A stretch of DNA of 64,000 bases from Glaucostegus cemiculus (taxonomy: Eukaryota). The notes below the pieces were generated by a model, which saw only the letters and a list, made by a program, of their open reading frames with translations, was not told the origin of the DNA and searched no databases. A program made the position numbers and the translations under genes. Below are positions 25,690 through 40,358 of the stretch, piece by piece; position 1 is the first letter of the stretch, and each line of letters begins with the position of its first letter. The stretch is taken from assembly GCA_976551045.1 (NCBI GenBank), contig CDPCPM010000370.1:1302001-1366000 (forward strand). Direction: 5' to 3'.

Positions 25690-26025
25690 TTAGCACACAG
25701 TCACGCGCCCGCACACACACAAACACACGCACACACACGCTCTCACACACACACTCATACGCATACACGCGCGGGTGCACACACACATACATACACAGAC
25801 ACATTTGCGCGTGCACACCGACAAATGCACACTCACACACACGCATTCTTGTTACAGACGATCCCGCTCCTGTTTGAATCATATTGGATCCTCTCTCTGA
25901 CGATCATAATGCTATTTGCCATTTAGAAATACGTGTCATATGACTCTCTCTTTTTCTCTCTCTCTCACACACACGCGCGGACGCACAAACACACAGGCAC
26001 GCGCGCAGACACATACATACATATT

Positions 26026-26069
<44 letters not shown>

Positions 26070-26085
26070 TACAGAGAGAGAGAAA
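25690..26085 (+). repeat. Compound (CA)n / (CT)n / (GA)n microsatellites
   Basis: Direct reading. Confidence 0.9.
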
Positions 26086-26399
26086 CCGTTTCTCTTTCTA
26101 TCATATGGTACACGCCATGCTATCAACTATCATAAGATACCCATGACGGATACAGTAAAGAATCGTAGATAGATATTTTAACAATGTGAAGAGCAAAAGT
26201 GTAACGAAAGTGAGAGAGAGCAGGTCCCTAAAAGATAAGTGAACAACCATAGAGATGGGCGAGGTGGCAAATGTATTTTTCTCGTCTGAATTGACCCTGC
26301 ATAGAAGCGAGCAGCGGTCTTCCGAAACATATTCGCATGAAGAAGAAAAAATATATTGACAGTGTTGAAGAGCATAAAAGCAGATACATTTCTGCGACC

Positions 26400-27880
26400 T
26401 TGACCATATAGCGAGGGAGGGGATTTCTTCGGCCCTATACCTTAATTATCCACGATGGAGGCACTGTAAGAGAGGAAAATGGCTAATGTTTGGCATTATT
26501 TATGAAATGTTGCAAGGACAGGCTATGGAACCATAAGCCGGGAAACTTTACGTCACGAATGAGAACGTTACTCGAGAGGATTCTGAGGGACAGGATTGCT
26601 CTGCATTTGTAAAGGCAAAGAATGAATAGAGACATCAGACATGGCTTTGTTCTGGGGGGAAATATGTCTCAAAATATGCGGACTTTTTTGAGGAGGTGAC
26701 TAAAAGTATTGGCGAAGTGAAAGCGGCGGTGGCAGTCAACATGGGCATCCTAAAAACTTTTGTCAAGTTCCCACGTTGGGAAGAAAGCCACGAAGGTGAT
26801 AGTACGTGAGAAGCAGGGGGAGATCCAAATTGGCAACAACATCAGATTGGTAGAAGAAGGCAGGGTGTGGTGGCGAAGGGTTATTGCTCAGAGAGGCGAC
26901 CTACAGACACTTGTGTGCCGCGTGAATCAATGCCGTAGTCTTTATTGTTCGTCATAATTTCGATGGTGTGGTTGGTAAGTTTGCAGATGAAGAGAACATG
27001 TGGGATAGTGGACAATGAAGACGGCTGTCGTAGTTGTCACAGCATATCTGAAAAGTGGGCAGGTGAATCGTTGATGGAATTACACTATGGCAAGTAATGA
27101 ATTTTAGGGAGATAAACAAGGAGAGGACGTTTACAGTGAATGGTTCTGTGCAGAGGAGTAGTTTAGAATATAGAAAACTTGGGGTATAAGGACAAAGTTT
27201 CTTGAACCCAATGACACAGCTGGATCGTGTGGTGAAGAAGGCAACTGCCATCATTGACTTTATCGGCCAAGTCACTGAGTAGAGAAATAGTGCCTTCATG
27301 TCACGGTTGTATGCATCGCTATTTCGTCCACGTTTGGAGTATTGCGTGCAGATCCGGTCGCCAAGCCAAAGGAAGGTTTTGATTAAGCAAGAGATGGTGC
27401 AGAGAACATTGACATGAATGCCACCTGGAGTGGGGGAATTGAGGTATCGGTAGAGATCGGAAAGTATGGCACTGTTTTCTCTAGAATGAAAGAGTGGTGA
27501 CGTTACAGAGGTTTATAAAATTATGACGAGCGTAGACAGGATATATATTCACAATCATTTCCCAGGATGGAGGACATAGGCAGCGCATCGGTGCATTTCA
27601 GATAAAATTTGAATACATCTATTTAAGGTGAGAAACGTAAGATTTAACGAGGATCTGAGCAAATGGTTTTTCACACAGAGAATGTTGGGTATGTGGAAGT
27701 AGTTGACAGTGGAGTTAATGGAGGCAATAAAATTTATCAGCTTTATAATTCATGTAGACTGACATATAGATAGGAAACGTTCAGAAGGATATGGGTCAAA
27801 AGCTGTCAAATGGGATGAGTATCGATGGGAATGAAGGAATTGTGCCAAAAGGCCTATTTCAGTGCTAAACAACACTATTA
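26400..27880 (+). mobile_element. Highly decayed CR1 LINE (RT to 3' end)
   Basis: Degenerate GNxKPGN, QHGF, RPRLEYCVQ and FTQR motifs; boundaries approximate. Confidence 0.75.
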
Positions 27881-30800
27881 ACCAAAACTCACTTAAACCG
27901 TCTCTGTTGCCTCTGGTCTTGTCTGTTTGTCAGACTCAGTCTCTCAAAGTATATGAGAGATATTGTGACTATTCATAGAATCACAGAGTAGGACAAAGCC
28001 AAAATCCGCCCTTCGGCCGAAATACGCCCAAAGCCCCTCGACTCTTCGACCCGGTATTCGTCCTTTGCTTTGTTATCTCAGTTAATCTAGCACGCTACTT
28101 ACTACCGAGGTAAAGTGCATACGCCTTATCTTTGTATATGATATTTTGTGCCCTTGTTTTATCAATCGAAATGTCACACGACAGTATACAATTTCAAACC
28201 ACATTGTTTTTGCTATCGCTAAATTGGAAACATGTTTCTACTGGTTTACCAGAAGCACGATATCAACAAATCTTCGCTCTGCACAATATTTTGAACGGTC
28301 CTGCCAAAATATGTCTGATCCTGCATCATGTGCTTGTTTACTCATGTTCAGCCTTGTTTGTGTTTGCAGTCGACAAATAAATACAAGATATCTATCGCAA
28401 TTTGCCCTGTACCTGGTTACATCATCTTGGATCCCAGTCATGTAAGATTCTGCCCCATGTCTCTCATATGCTTTGGTTGTCTTTCCTCAGCTTATGTAAG
28501 ATCGCAATCTCTATAGCTGGCGTTCATTCCCTGAGCACTGAGCTGGAAGCAGCTCATTATTTTCTATGCACAGAATCCACAGGTGTTTCCGTTCAGTTAA
28601 CTTTGAGCTCCTGCCTGTTCAGGCTGTTAACTGTTCGAGACATGCCAGAATATGGGGGACGCAGTTGGATTGAGATGCGTTTGGAACAACACAAAATGCA
28701 GATCACCTAATTTGTTCATGAAGGAGTCAGATATATTCCCTGTGGCTATTAGATCAAGGCATATGTGGAGTTCACATAGGGGACTGAATTTAGACGATCG
28801 TCCATTAATAACTTGAACAGGCAGGATTGAACTATTGCCCTAACCCGCAATGTTTATCATCTTCCTTGTCCTTAATCATATCGGTAAAACTCCATGTATA
28901 TATCAGACTCGTCAGTCTCATACTGCCTTCTGACAATGGGACAAAGCGTGAAGTAATGGTCATATTTTCTTTCTTACGTGAACACCTCCGATTTCAACTT
29001 TTCATTTATGATTGGACTGTACTGTGCATGGAGTGGTCAATGGTCCTACCTTTGAGGTGTTTCCAAGATAAATGCATCGGGAAAACTGTGATGGTTAATG
29101 ACATGATTACATTTAATATTAAACCCATCCACACTCAGTCTGCATCTCCCCTTCACATTCAGTTGCCGCAGTCCAATATTTCACTGTCAGCTCAACATGT
29201 AACTGAAAGGAAACACCTGTGGAATCTGTGCCCAGACATTGATAAGCTGTTTCCAGCCCACTGCTCAGGAAGAGTAAGTCACCGTTGGTGAAAGGTACCA
29301 AACAAGAGAAAAGTCTTCCCAGCAACAGATGTATCATACTGCCAGCAAACGTTCTAATTGGTAACACGGTGCATCATTCCAATTGAATTTTTCATGGTAT
29401 GAATTGTGAACGAGTGGACACTGGGAGGCTGGGATTCATTCAGATCAGCCAGCAAGGCTATGAAGTATATCTGAAGCTCAGATGCTCTATTGAATCCGAG
29501 TTCCGAGATGATTTGACATTGACGCAGAAAGGAGCTCTGTTACTGCGAATGATTGGGAGTCACACACCACAACACAGTCAAGTTCCCTTCCCGCTGTTTG
29601 AAGGACGGAGTTGTCCACGCTAGCTCCTTAAATGTACATTGACCCTGTGTCGATGGAGTGAAAATTTCTGTGTGAAGGTCGCTGAACGAATGCAATCAGA
29701 TATATGTGAAAATATGAAATATGGCTTATACGTCAGCCAGAGAGCACAGCGATTTTACGATCCGAGCAATGCAGGTTCAGAATGTCCCAAACGTTCCCTC
29801 CTGAACCAGTCCCCCCTCAAGCACCGCTGGTTACTGAGGTTTACAGGAATGCCTTCAACGCGTGCCATGAACCAACCAGTGTGAAGGATTTAAATCCATC
29901 CCACAAATAGAAACAAAATTGAATGTTTAGATTTATGTTGGCCATTTCATGCCACAACATTCCAAAATAAAATCACGTTGAGAGTTAACAATAATATTTA
30001 CTGAAATAAAAAGCTTCATGTGATCCAAACCGAGCGCTCTCATCATTTCCACTGCAGTGTCTCCGAGGGCGATGACTGCCCCGGTGAAATACACAACAAT
30101 ATCCATTAACAATTTGCCTTTCAATACTCCAGAGGAAGCAGAAGAATTGGTGGAATGCAGAGCAAACTTCACATAACCGTATTCCATCAAATATCTCCAG
30201 GGCACAGTGAGACCTGACCAGACGCAGAGCAATGGACCATTTGATTTGTCCCATGAAACAGCCCTCGGCAAGGGCAGTTTCCTCAATAGTCTGCATTAAA
30301 TTTAAATACTGCCGGCAGGGACAAGAGACATTCTCTTCGGTGTGAGGCTCCCCCAAATGTCCTTTTACATAGCCACTAAATTTGATGCAGGAAAGCGACT
30401 GAATACCGTGCTTTCCATAGTAAATCAGCATCATTAACATGGATGGCATACAGAATAAAACTAACTCTTCTAAGGCCCAAAGGCATTGTAGGGCAAATAA
30501 AGCATTTCTAGCGTATCATCAAGCACTCGGAGGGCAATTCGAACATGAGTCACATTGTTGGTATGTTTTCGTTTGAGCATAGAATACATTGTTCACATAT
30601 TCGTGAAAATCTCTTGCAATCTATTCCCATCAATTCTGCACATGTGCTGAGATTCTGGCCGACACATCTTTTCCTCAGACATTAACATCTGACATTTGGT
30701 TAAAGACGTTGCTAAGGAACTTGACATGTAGTCCGATAAAAGAGGTGGGGGGGGGGGGTTATAGAGAGCGCTGGATAAACAGGATACCTCCATGCACACG

Positions 30801-32619
30801 TATTCGGTGTGTTCCCATTACAGGTGATTGCTGGGAATTTTACACAATCCTAACTGCATATAATCTCAACCTGATTTTGTTCTGTTCACAGAAGAATATA
30901 TGAAACATTAATTCTTGCTGCTGGATCGGTTCAAGATTTGCATTGCACTCTCTGTAATTCTTCTGTGCGTTGGCGGGGACAATTCTGTTCTGTTTCTGTA
31001 TCTCTGCGTTCTAATCTGGGGTTTCGATTCTATTTCTGAGATTGTTTACTGAAACGTACAGCTGTGCTCACAGCAGAAGGTTACCCATCAATAAATGTGC
31101 TTATTGATATGCCTCGACTGACCAGACGGATTGTTTTATGGTTATTATCAAATGGTGCAAAATAACCTGAGATTCCTCGGACCGTAACATCAGATTCTGT
31201 TCAGTGTAACAGAATAAACTGTGACCACCACTACCACCCCCACACCCACCATTGCGATAACAGCGTCATTAAAGGTTCTTTTTTGCATGTTCCTCAGCCG
31301 AAATCAATGCGACAGCTCTGAACAGGCTGCTGTTCCACTGGATGTCCATTCACAGAAACCATGACACCTCTGGGCCCGGCATCTTCAATTTTTGCCAGGG
31401 CAGAGTCGTCCAGGCCTCATAACGCCTCACCTTTTAACGTCATTGACTTTATTATAAATCTTAACAATTGGAAAATTCGTCTCCAATTCGACATGCGTCC
31501 AATGCCAAAACGCAGTCTCTCGCCACAGCGGTGTTTCTTGAAAATTGTCGGTAATCAGAATGAAATAAAATACAAGGCATGTGTGCTCAGGAAGTCCCCA
31601 TAAACAATGCCACATTTGTAACGTGGACAGCTATCGAATAACTTCTCCCAACGGCAGGAAGCAACTGGCACAAATGGGCATGTCAAAATGGCGATGGTTT
31701 ACTGCAAAACAAAGTTGAACAATCTGATACAGGATCCTTGCTCGCCGCTACCCAAGTCTGTATCACGGTTTAATTCAATAGGCCCATCTTATTGCGGCAT
31801 GGTGACAGTGTGCCAATGGGGCCGAACTCATCCATGCCGATGTTACTGCACAACATCCTGCCCTAGCCGATATAACACCTGCACTTTGCTGAATTATCAC
31901 TGAAGTAGGACCTATGGTGATTACTCTTGAAGGGGTATCATTGCGATAGTTGAACTGCCTGTTTCTAATAGAGTTCTAACTGATTTCTTTTTAACAGAAC
32001 TAGACTCAGCCATTCTTTATATTAAAGCAGTCTTCAATTCAGTTATCACTGCATTAAACACTGTTTGAAAAGATAATACAGACCATGAATATACTGCTGG
32101 GCACCCAGTCATTCATTCCTCAAACAAGTCCCGGGCATCGTTTAAGTGTTGTTGCTTGATTGCAGATTGCGCATGATATTTCTCATGTTATCACATCAGT
32201 CGATGGCATTGTTGATGTTATTCTAAATCTTGACGCTATTTAATCTGCACCACTGTTTGCAAATTTGATTCTTTCTTCATGTATCATTAACATAGGTGCT
32301 CTTTGCATAAATTAGCATGTTTGTTAAATTTCACTGGACCCAATTTTCTGTAAATATTGTGCTATCTCTGACTATATTTGCTCCACTATTACTACTTAAA
32401 TGTTTGTTTTATTGGGTTTATTGGTTTTGAAAATACTTTATTGTGGTACAATTTGTGCTTGATCAAGCTATCTTTCCTTCATTTCTGCCAGGCTCGCTTT
32501 CTTTTAAAATTGCACTATCCATTCCCTCTTGGAAAATATCCTCTTGACCAACCATTCCAATACAAGTCCCTGTCTGTGCATGTAACTGAGAAATAGAGAG
32601 GGCACCAGGATAACATTTT

Positions 32620-32965
32620 AACCATAGAACCATAGAACCGTAGAACAATACTGCACAAAACAGGTCCTTCGGCCCACCAAGTTGTGCCATCCTTCAAACG
32701 TCTCACAATCTAAATCTTTCCTCCTACATATCCTACTATTCCGCATTCTTCCATGTGCCTATCGAACAATCTCTTGAACGTGTTCAACGTATCTGCCTCT
32801 ACTACCACCCCAGGCAGCGCATTACATGAGCCAACCACTCTTTGGATGAAAACATTCCCTCTGACATCTCCCCTAAACTTTCCACCCAATATCGTAAAGC
32901 CATGCCCTCTCGTCTTGTGCATCTGCGCTCTGGGAAAGAGGCGCTGGCTGTCAACTCTATCTTAT
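32620..32965 (-). mobile_element. CR1 LINE 3' end inserted in copy A only
   Basis: KTRGHGFTILGGKFRGDVRGNVFIQRVVG..NALP; (CCATAGAA)n tail; absent at the matching site near 57185. Confidence 0.9.
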
Positions 32966-34257
32966 CGAGAAGAGACCAAGACCGAGTCCAGCAGTATCGT
33001 CCCTGAGGCATGAAACTGGTTTCGGTGCTCCATGACGGGGAAATGGAGCCTAAGATCCCAGCCGAACTCATGTTAACTCCGTCCATCTCCGCGTACCAGT
33101 TTAACGTGTCATGGTCAGTTTAATCATGACTTCCTATTAACCATGCCAGGTTCCGATCCTCAACGCACATTCAGTGTCCAGAGTCCATGTTGTCATTCTT
33201 TTACCCATTGTGTTGTCAACACATGATCGGGCGTTATGTCGGAAGTTGCAGAGCTTTGTCCCTCTGGTTTCACTGGATCAAACAAATTCATGGTTATTTA
33301 GTCAGCAGTTCTTGTCTCTGTTATTATTACAGTTGTCCCTGGCTTCATTTTAAAGTAATTGGGGCTCTGCTTCGAAGATAATCCGTGGGTCTGCGTGATG
33401 ACTAAAAACACTCCATGATTCCTATTGCAGAGCTTGTCTCTACTACAAATCCTCCAGACCGTGTCACTGTGGGCATTCAATGGCCGCATTTTCCCAGCAG
33501 TCCGCCTGGCTCTGTTCGACTTGAACTAGTAAAATAAATATCGTAAAAAGTACCAACATTTTTTCCGCTTGTACTGCAATTCACAGCCACCGTATCATCG
33601 AGTGTGAGCAGCTCGTTGTATTATATTAGGCCCTGTCTCTATTGATATCGAACCATACTCTGTATGTATACATCACTTTGGATCCTCGCCAACATATTAC
33701 CGACACTGCTTTTGTTCAGATTAAACCAGGGGCTTTCTCAATTTACAGCCCTTGAGTTTATTTATATTGCACCAGTCCTTGCATCTGTGCACAAAAATAT
33801 TTGGCGTATTGGATTTGTCTGCTGACATATCTCAATTTCCACGCATGGTCTTGTGAAGCTTGCAAAAAATACATTTCTTTCTTTTATGCTTATTATTCAT
33901 GGCATGCTTGTGCGGGGATGGGAGTGAGGTGGGTTGCGGGTACAAGAGTCGCAGCAAAAAGATTCGTTCTTTATTGTCAGTATGTGGTCAGTCCAAATAT
34001 CCATCAATTCAGTCTGCATCTTCCAACAAGCCCGTGCTGTGGGCACGTTGTCACACCATGATGCAGCATTAGGACCTGCGAGTTATCAACAGGTCTTTCA
34101 TGGGAGAGAGCTCCAATTCAGACATCAGGCTCAAGAAGACTGCAGCTGCCGCCGCCTCCAGTTACAAACTGTTAATGCAGAACTCTGGTCGTTGAATGGT
34201 GTTTAAAACACTGTTTGCCCAGATGGTGGAGCTGTATGCTCAAGTTGTCCAATCCTA

Positions 34258-35097
34258 CAAGTTTATAGAACAGAGAACATAGAAAACAACAACACAATGC
34301 AGGCCACTCGGCCCACGAAGCCGTGCCGAATATGTCTCTACACTGGAAATTACTGGGCTTACCCACAGCCATCTATTCCACTCAGCTCCACGTACCTATC
34401 GAACAATCTCTTGAAAGACCCTATCATATCCACATCCACCACTGCTTCCGGTAGCCATTCCACGCACTTACCTCTCTCTGAGTAAAATACGTACCCCTGA
34501 CATCGCCCCTATATCTACACCCCAGCACTTTAAACCTATGTTCTCTTGTGGCCACCATTTCAGCCCAGAGAAAAAGCCTCTGATTATCTACCCGATCAAT
34601 GCCTCTCATCATCTTCTATACCTCTCAGGTCCCCCCTCATCCTACTTCTCTCCAAGGAGAAAAGTTTCCGCAACATGTTCATAAGGCGTGCTCCGCATTC
34701 CAGGCAGCATCCTAGTAAACCCCCTCTGCACCATCTCTTTGGCTTCCACATTTTTCCTCTAGTGAGGAAATGAGAACTGAGCACAATACTCCAAGTGGGG
34801 ACTGACCAGGGACCCATATAGCTGAAGCCATAACTCTCGGCTCCTAAATTCAATACCGCGACTGACGAAGGACAATACACCATATGCCTTATTAACGACA
34901 AACTGCCCAGCCGCCTTGAGCGACCTGTGAACTCACACCCCAAAATCCCTCTGATCCTCCACACTGCCAAGAGTCCTACCATTAATACTGTATTCCGCCA
35001 ACATATTCGACCTACCAGAATTACCCATTTCACACTTATCTGGGTTGAACTGCATCTGCCACATCTCAGCCCAACTCTGCATCCTATCTATGTCCTG
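34258..35097 (-). mobile_element. CR1 LINE 3' part with apparent target-site duplication
   Basis: FSLERSRMRGDL, MRGIDRVDNQRLF..YFTQR; AATCCTA at 34251-34257 and 35098-35104. Confidence 0.88.
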
Positions 35098-36389
35098 AAT
35101 CCTATTATATCTCCCTTGGTCTGTTTATTTATAATTCATACAATTGTCCGTGTGTTTTTACACACGTCTTTCTGCATATTTTCTTGCTTTCCTCAGAATG
35201 TCCCTTGGGATGGAGGATGCATTGCTTCCACTCTGGGCCCGGGATTTCTGATGAGGCCAATATGGGAATGGCGGTTTCTTCCACAGCCGGGGCGAAGGGG
35301 GTCTGACGCGACGGGTGGGCGGGGTCTCAGTGAGGTGGTCTATTCCTTCCACAGTTTGCATAATGTCAGTCTTTGCCTCAACCATCTCCCAGTTCATCCG
35401 GACTTTATCGCAGGAGCTGTTGGGGAGAGAGGTTAGCTGAAATACCGTCAAAGGGTTAAATGTTACCGAGGGTGTTGAAGATTAAAAGGGGGACACGTAA
35501 GAGGAGATCAGAGAGAGGTCACTGACAGAGCGAAAGAAACCAAACTGATGGAAAACTCGGAGGGATTTTTTTTTAGCACTTGTGGAAGCAATGTGATGAG
35601 TTGAATGTTGGTGGGACTTCTTGAAGCTGATGGAATCAGTGGATCGGAAGACCGCACAAGAAAGTGGCGTTGATGGAAAGAAACAACCCAGTTACAACTG
35701 AAAGCAAATCACATCCCAAGGATCTAACCGTGCTCACAAGTTGTTATTTTGTTTCTTCATTTCGAGGCAGGCGTCAATTTGTCCTGGCTGGCTGGGCTGC
35801 AATTGGGATTCAGATGATTTTAACCTGAGTGTTCTGATACCCTTGATGAGAAAACAAAACCAGTGGCTGTGTCAATAACTATTTTTTTTTTGGGGGGGGG
35901 CGGGAATTGGACAGACTGCAGCCTCTATTGATTGAAGGAAAAAGATCGAGTGAAATGAATATTATGATTGAGACCATTTGGAAAATCACTTTTCACGTGT
36001 ATTTGTTGCAAACAAAACGAAGGGGTGCCGCCATGACAAAAGACAATCCTGATCAAAATCTATGAATGACACTGTCATAGAGCCGGAGAGCTGGTTCTGT
36101 GAAGCGATTAAATCTGCATGGAAACTGCACAGTACGGGAAATGAGGCGTTGGGCCGAGGTCTCTGGATGGGAGGTGAACAACCGTATCCACAACCATTTA
36201 ATATTAAGGAATTGGTCGCTTTTGGCGTCACCATTAAAACAGTGTAAACATTCCCACAGTGATAAGAAGACCACTCCAGCGTTTATACCCTGTGTGGCCA
36301 AATTCTGCTCTAAGTCCATCTGCAAGTTTTCAGGAGATCCCATTGTTATCGGCCGGATGTAAAACAGTCGGAGTACAGGAATGAGAGAG

Positions 36390-37250
36390 AGAGCTTAGTG
36401 GCATGGTATTATTACCAGAACAAACTTTCCCTCAATGTCAACAAAATAGAAGAGCTGGTCGTTGACTTCAGGAAAGGAGGTGCTGTACATGCACTTGTCT
36501 ACATCAACAGTGCGGAGGTCGATTGGGTTGAGAGCTTCATATTCTTGGGCGTGAACGTCACTAGTACGTAGTGACGTTCTGGTCAAAGCACGTAGATGTA
36601 ACGGCCAAGAAAGCCCACCAGCCCCTAACTTTCTCAGAAGTCTTAAGAAATTCGGGAAGTCCACTTCGACACTCCTCAACTTCTATCAATGCACCAGATG
36701 TGATGCATCCTATCTGAATGCATCACAGCTTGGTACAGCATCTGCTCTGAGCAGAACCGCAAGAAACTGCACAGAGTTGTGGATACAGCCCATCCCGTCA
36801 CGGAAACCAGTCTCCGCTTCTACGAATATGTCTTCCGCGCTCGCTGCCGTGGCGAAGCAGCCAACATCATCAAAGATCCATGCACCCGAGTCATTCTATC
36901 TTCGCTCCTCTTTCATTAACTGGAATATACAGACTCCGGAGGGCACTTACCACTAGTCTTAAGGACTGCTTCTACCCCATTGTGAGAAGACTAATGAACT
37001 GTTCCCTTACACGATGAGATGGACTCTGTCCTCACGATCGACCTTGTTGTGATCTTGCACTCTAATTTCTCTGTAGCTGTGGCACTTTAATCTGTGTTGT
37101 TCTTGTTTTTACCTGCACTACTTCAATGCACTCTGGATAAACGTAAAATTGCACTATGTAATGAATTGTCCTGTACGATCGGTCAGCAAGACAATTTTCA
37201 CTCTAACTCGGTACTTGACAATAATAAACCAATCCCAATACCAATATAGA
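36390..37250 (+). mobile_element. Rex1/Babar-like LINE 3' part
   Basis: Decayed LNVNK...LVVDFRK..VESFIFLGVN..AKKAHQ..FLRSLKKFG..CITAWY..RKKLHRVV; ends near AATAAA. Confidence 0.75.
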
Positions 37251-37521
37251 ATAACATTTCATCGAGGTTATTTTAATCCTATTCTTCGCTCGATAATTTA
37301 AAAAAAAACAGCTTGAATATTTCCAAAGCACATATGCCTCCCCAACTGCTTTCCATCCTCTTTCTTCCTCTTCTCCTTTTCAGATTTTCTTGGTGCGTTG
37401 GCAGCTTTCATCAAACTGCGGTGTTTGTACAGCCCTCTTCGTGTTCTGTGTGGATATGTGGCAGCAATCTTCACCGCACCTAGGTTTATGAACGGCTCTC
37501 TCCCTGATCTGTCTCATTGTG

Positions 37522-37833
37522 CGACTCGGGGACTCAGTGCACAGTGATACACGGCTGAGTCGCTGAGGTGCAGATTGGAGATAGTTAACCTGCTGATTTT
37601 CTTTGCTCGATCGAGTGAGGCAGAAATTCTGACGCCGACTGAATTTTCCTCATTCTCCTCTCCATGCCATCGTCTCTGCAGAAGGTATTTCGGTGCCTGC
37701 CCTGGCACCTGACTGTACCATTGTACTGTGTAGAAACAGACGGCGGAATAGTCGCACGTCAAAGCAGCTGTTTCACCGACAGTAAAACTTTGAATGTGTG
37801 GATTCTGCGACACGTTAAAACTCTCTGGCAGAT
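37522..37833 (-). CDS. TRDV: Leaderless supporting TCR-delta V of NAR-TCR cassette 1, with 23-RSS at 37483-37521
   Basis: DLPESFNVSQNP..LTCDYSAVCFYTVQWYSQVPGQAPKYLLQR..RISASLD..LSDSAVYHCALSPR; extra CDR1 Cys typical of NAR-TCR supporting V; RSS CACAATG-23-TCATAAACC. Confidence 0.92.
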
Positions 37834-38721
37834 CTGTATAGGGGAGATTGAAGAGTATCATCTACTGAATTACATTGCACATTGAGGCGTTTGACATAGA
37901 AATAGAGCTGCCTGCAGTGACAAAGTTTTTGTAAATCAAAGGATTTTCAAAATTAAACTCTGACATATGGGCTCGTTCTTTGATTATTTTGGGTTCAATG
38001 TGGAACATCAAGTGAATTTAGAAAACAAAAACTCTTTATTTCCCTTACGGAGGCAGACACTGCGTAAGAAAGTTTGACTGACAGACTATCGGTTGTGCCC
38101 TAGCTTGAGAACAACAGCATGGCACAATAGCCAGCAATAAGACATTTCACCGATGCCTTCTGACACGAATGGGACCGGAAATCCGAATTTCATATGCTGT
38201 GTAACTCGAGTAAACTGTCATTGAATATCTATGTGTTACCGTCCACTTCATTCTCCCTGAGGATATTCGCTCACACAAGTTCCGAATATTACTCATGTTC
38301 GACAGAGTTTATTTTCTCAGTTTCAGACCAGTTTGTCAATTTATAGTGGATTCATTATTAACGTCTTATCCAATGCTTATTGTTGTTATTTTATTTTCCC
38401 AGACGGTTACCTATCACACAGTTCCGCAAATGACTTTTGGCCCCATCCTGCGAAGTTTCCGGATGGACCTAACTGCTCCTATCTGGGAAATGCTCTTCCG
38501 GCTTCCTGGCAAGGCTCGGCCTTTCAGCTCATTGGCTGAATTCCCGTCAGGTTCTTCTCGCGTTATTTCCCTTTGCTTCAACTTGTCTCGGGTCTACAGA
38601 TCTAAATCAGCTCAACTGTTCTTTCCAATCCACATGAATCTGTTTTCTTTGGAAACAAGTGCTCCATCCCCCTCCCGATCTCTCTCCGTCACTTTCTGGA
38701 TCTGTCAGGAACACCTCCTCA

Positions 38722-38722
38722 A

Positions 38723-38755
<33 letters not shown>

Positions 38756-38763
38756 CACACACC
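38722..38763 (+). repeat. (CA)n microsatellite
   Basis: Direct reading. Confidence 0.9.
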
Positions 38764-39174
38764 TTTAACTAACTCAATGCAACACTATTGGGCTCTCTGT
38801 TTCCACTGTTCCAGCTGGCAGAAAAGCCCAGGTTCAAATCTCAATTTGTGTTCATAAATTCCTGCGGATAACTGCAGTTATTCCTGCGGATAACTGATTA
38901 TCACTGACCGACCGCCGCTCAATCCGGATTCACATTCCATGGGAAACAAATCCCCTATATGCACCTTGAGAAAATGGTTAACTCCTCAATAACCTCTCTC
39001 AGATCACCAGGTAGCTTCCGTTTACTAGACACAGAACCTAACGTTCAATATTCCGTGATCTGCGCGCGTTTTGGGTGGTTGGAGGGAGAAAGATCGCAAT
39101 CGAATTATTATCCGACAGAAGACTGTTAGCTGAGGACAGGGCTGCTGGCGAAACGCGGTCTTTGTTAATTGTAT

Positions 39175-39418
39175 TTAAATTTATTTACAGCATGGCAACA
39201 GACCCTTTCGGCCCTCCGAGTTCACGCGGCCCATTTTAAACCCCCAAATTAACCTATCTGTACGTCTTTCAGAATGGGGGAGGAAACCGGAGCACCCGGA
39301 GGAAACCCACGCAGACACGGGAGAACGTACAAACTCCTTACAGACAGCGACGGGAATCGAACCCAGATCGCTGGCGCTATAACAGCTTCGCGCTAACCGC
39401 TACGCTATCGTGACGCCC
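39175..39418 (-). mobile_element. V-SINE (HE1-like)
   Basis: Very similar to the copy at 400-643. Confidence 0.85.
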
Positions 39419-39929
39419 TTGTGTCAAGTAAGTCCTACATTTGGAAAGAAATTAATCGCGCCAAGGGAGCAGAAGGAGGGCAAAAAGTCGCTGGGTTGGC
39501 CCCAGCATTTGACACAGTTGGTCGTTTCTGGGAAAACAAAACACAGCTCGAAAGAACACCAGATGATTTGATTCACCTAAAGTTCATCGGTGCATTTGGG
39601 TGAGCCTCTCGGTTTACGTAATTCCAATGCTAGGACAGGTTAATCAGCGATACTCCAGCAAGATAACAAGCACCTGTCCTACTCTCTACCTATTCCTGTG
39701 GGCGCACAGCTTCCTCACTTCCGCTCAGGCATTGACTCGTAAAACCAGCTAAGAACGTCTCTACGCCACTGATTCTGTGTTAAGTTTGATCGTGACTCTT
39801 AAACAACGATAGCTAACGCCCCGTTACAGAAATTTCATATTAAAGAAAACTGGGTTGATTCTGTTCACAGTGCTTGGTGACCATTAAACTGGACGCGTTG
39901 TCATAAAGCGCGGGAATGTCGCCACTTAC

Positions 39930-39978
39930 CTTTTGAGACAGTTACCACAGTTCCCGATCCCTGCACATTTTGCTTGCT
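39930..39978 (-). CDS. NAR-TCR J segment with 23-RSS at 39979-40017
   Basis: SKQNVQGSGTVVTVSK then G|GTAAGT donor in phase with the 37833 acceptor; RSS CACGGTG-23-ACAGAAACT. Confidence 0.9.
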
Positions 39979-40358
39979 CACGGTGCTCTTACCGTAAGTC
40001 TACCCTGTACAGAAACTTTATTTGTATCAACCTGGCGGACAAACGTTACCAGAGAGACCCCAAATTCTCAGATGTCTCAATGATTTACAAAGAGTGATCA
40101 ACATTCTTTTTTTTTGGTTTCAAGTAACGGTCAGTTCAACATTTCGCTTGTAACACACAGGGCTATCAGTGAATAGACGCTGGGAAAGCCACAAGGACGC
40201 GCGTGTTTCATCAACATACACAGGGATCTAGCAAAGAAGGGTAACTAACATTTATACCGATGCCGGACATGTATTCCGATTCCAGCTAGAATAACATCGT
40301 TCAGATAAATTTATATTTCAGTTGTGCTCTGGATGTTGCACAGCTCTCCAAAACTGTG

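Larger units (their letters stand above)
29270..35380 (+). repeat. Copy A of an unclassified ancient direct duplication (copy B about 53880-58650)
   Basis: Collinear shared blocks such as GCATCATTCCAATTGAATT, TGTTCCACTGGATG, AAATGGCGATGGTTT, CTCCGTCCATCTC, GCCCAGATGGTGG; divergent; boundaries approximate. Confidence 0.8.

Noticed and set aside
29900-31000. Faint resemblance of decayed frames to RAG1/Transib, adenoviral E4 or viral polymerase GDN motifs
   Set aside because: Only two to four residues match, inconsistently between copies and frames; cannot be supported without a profile search.
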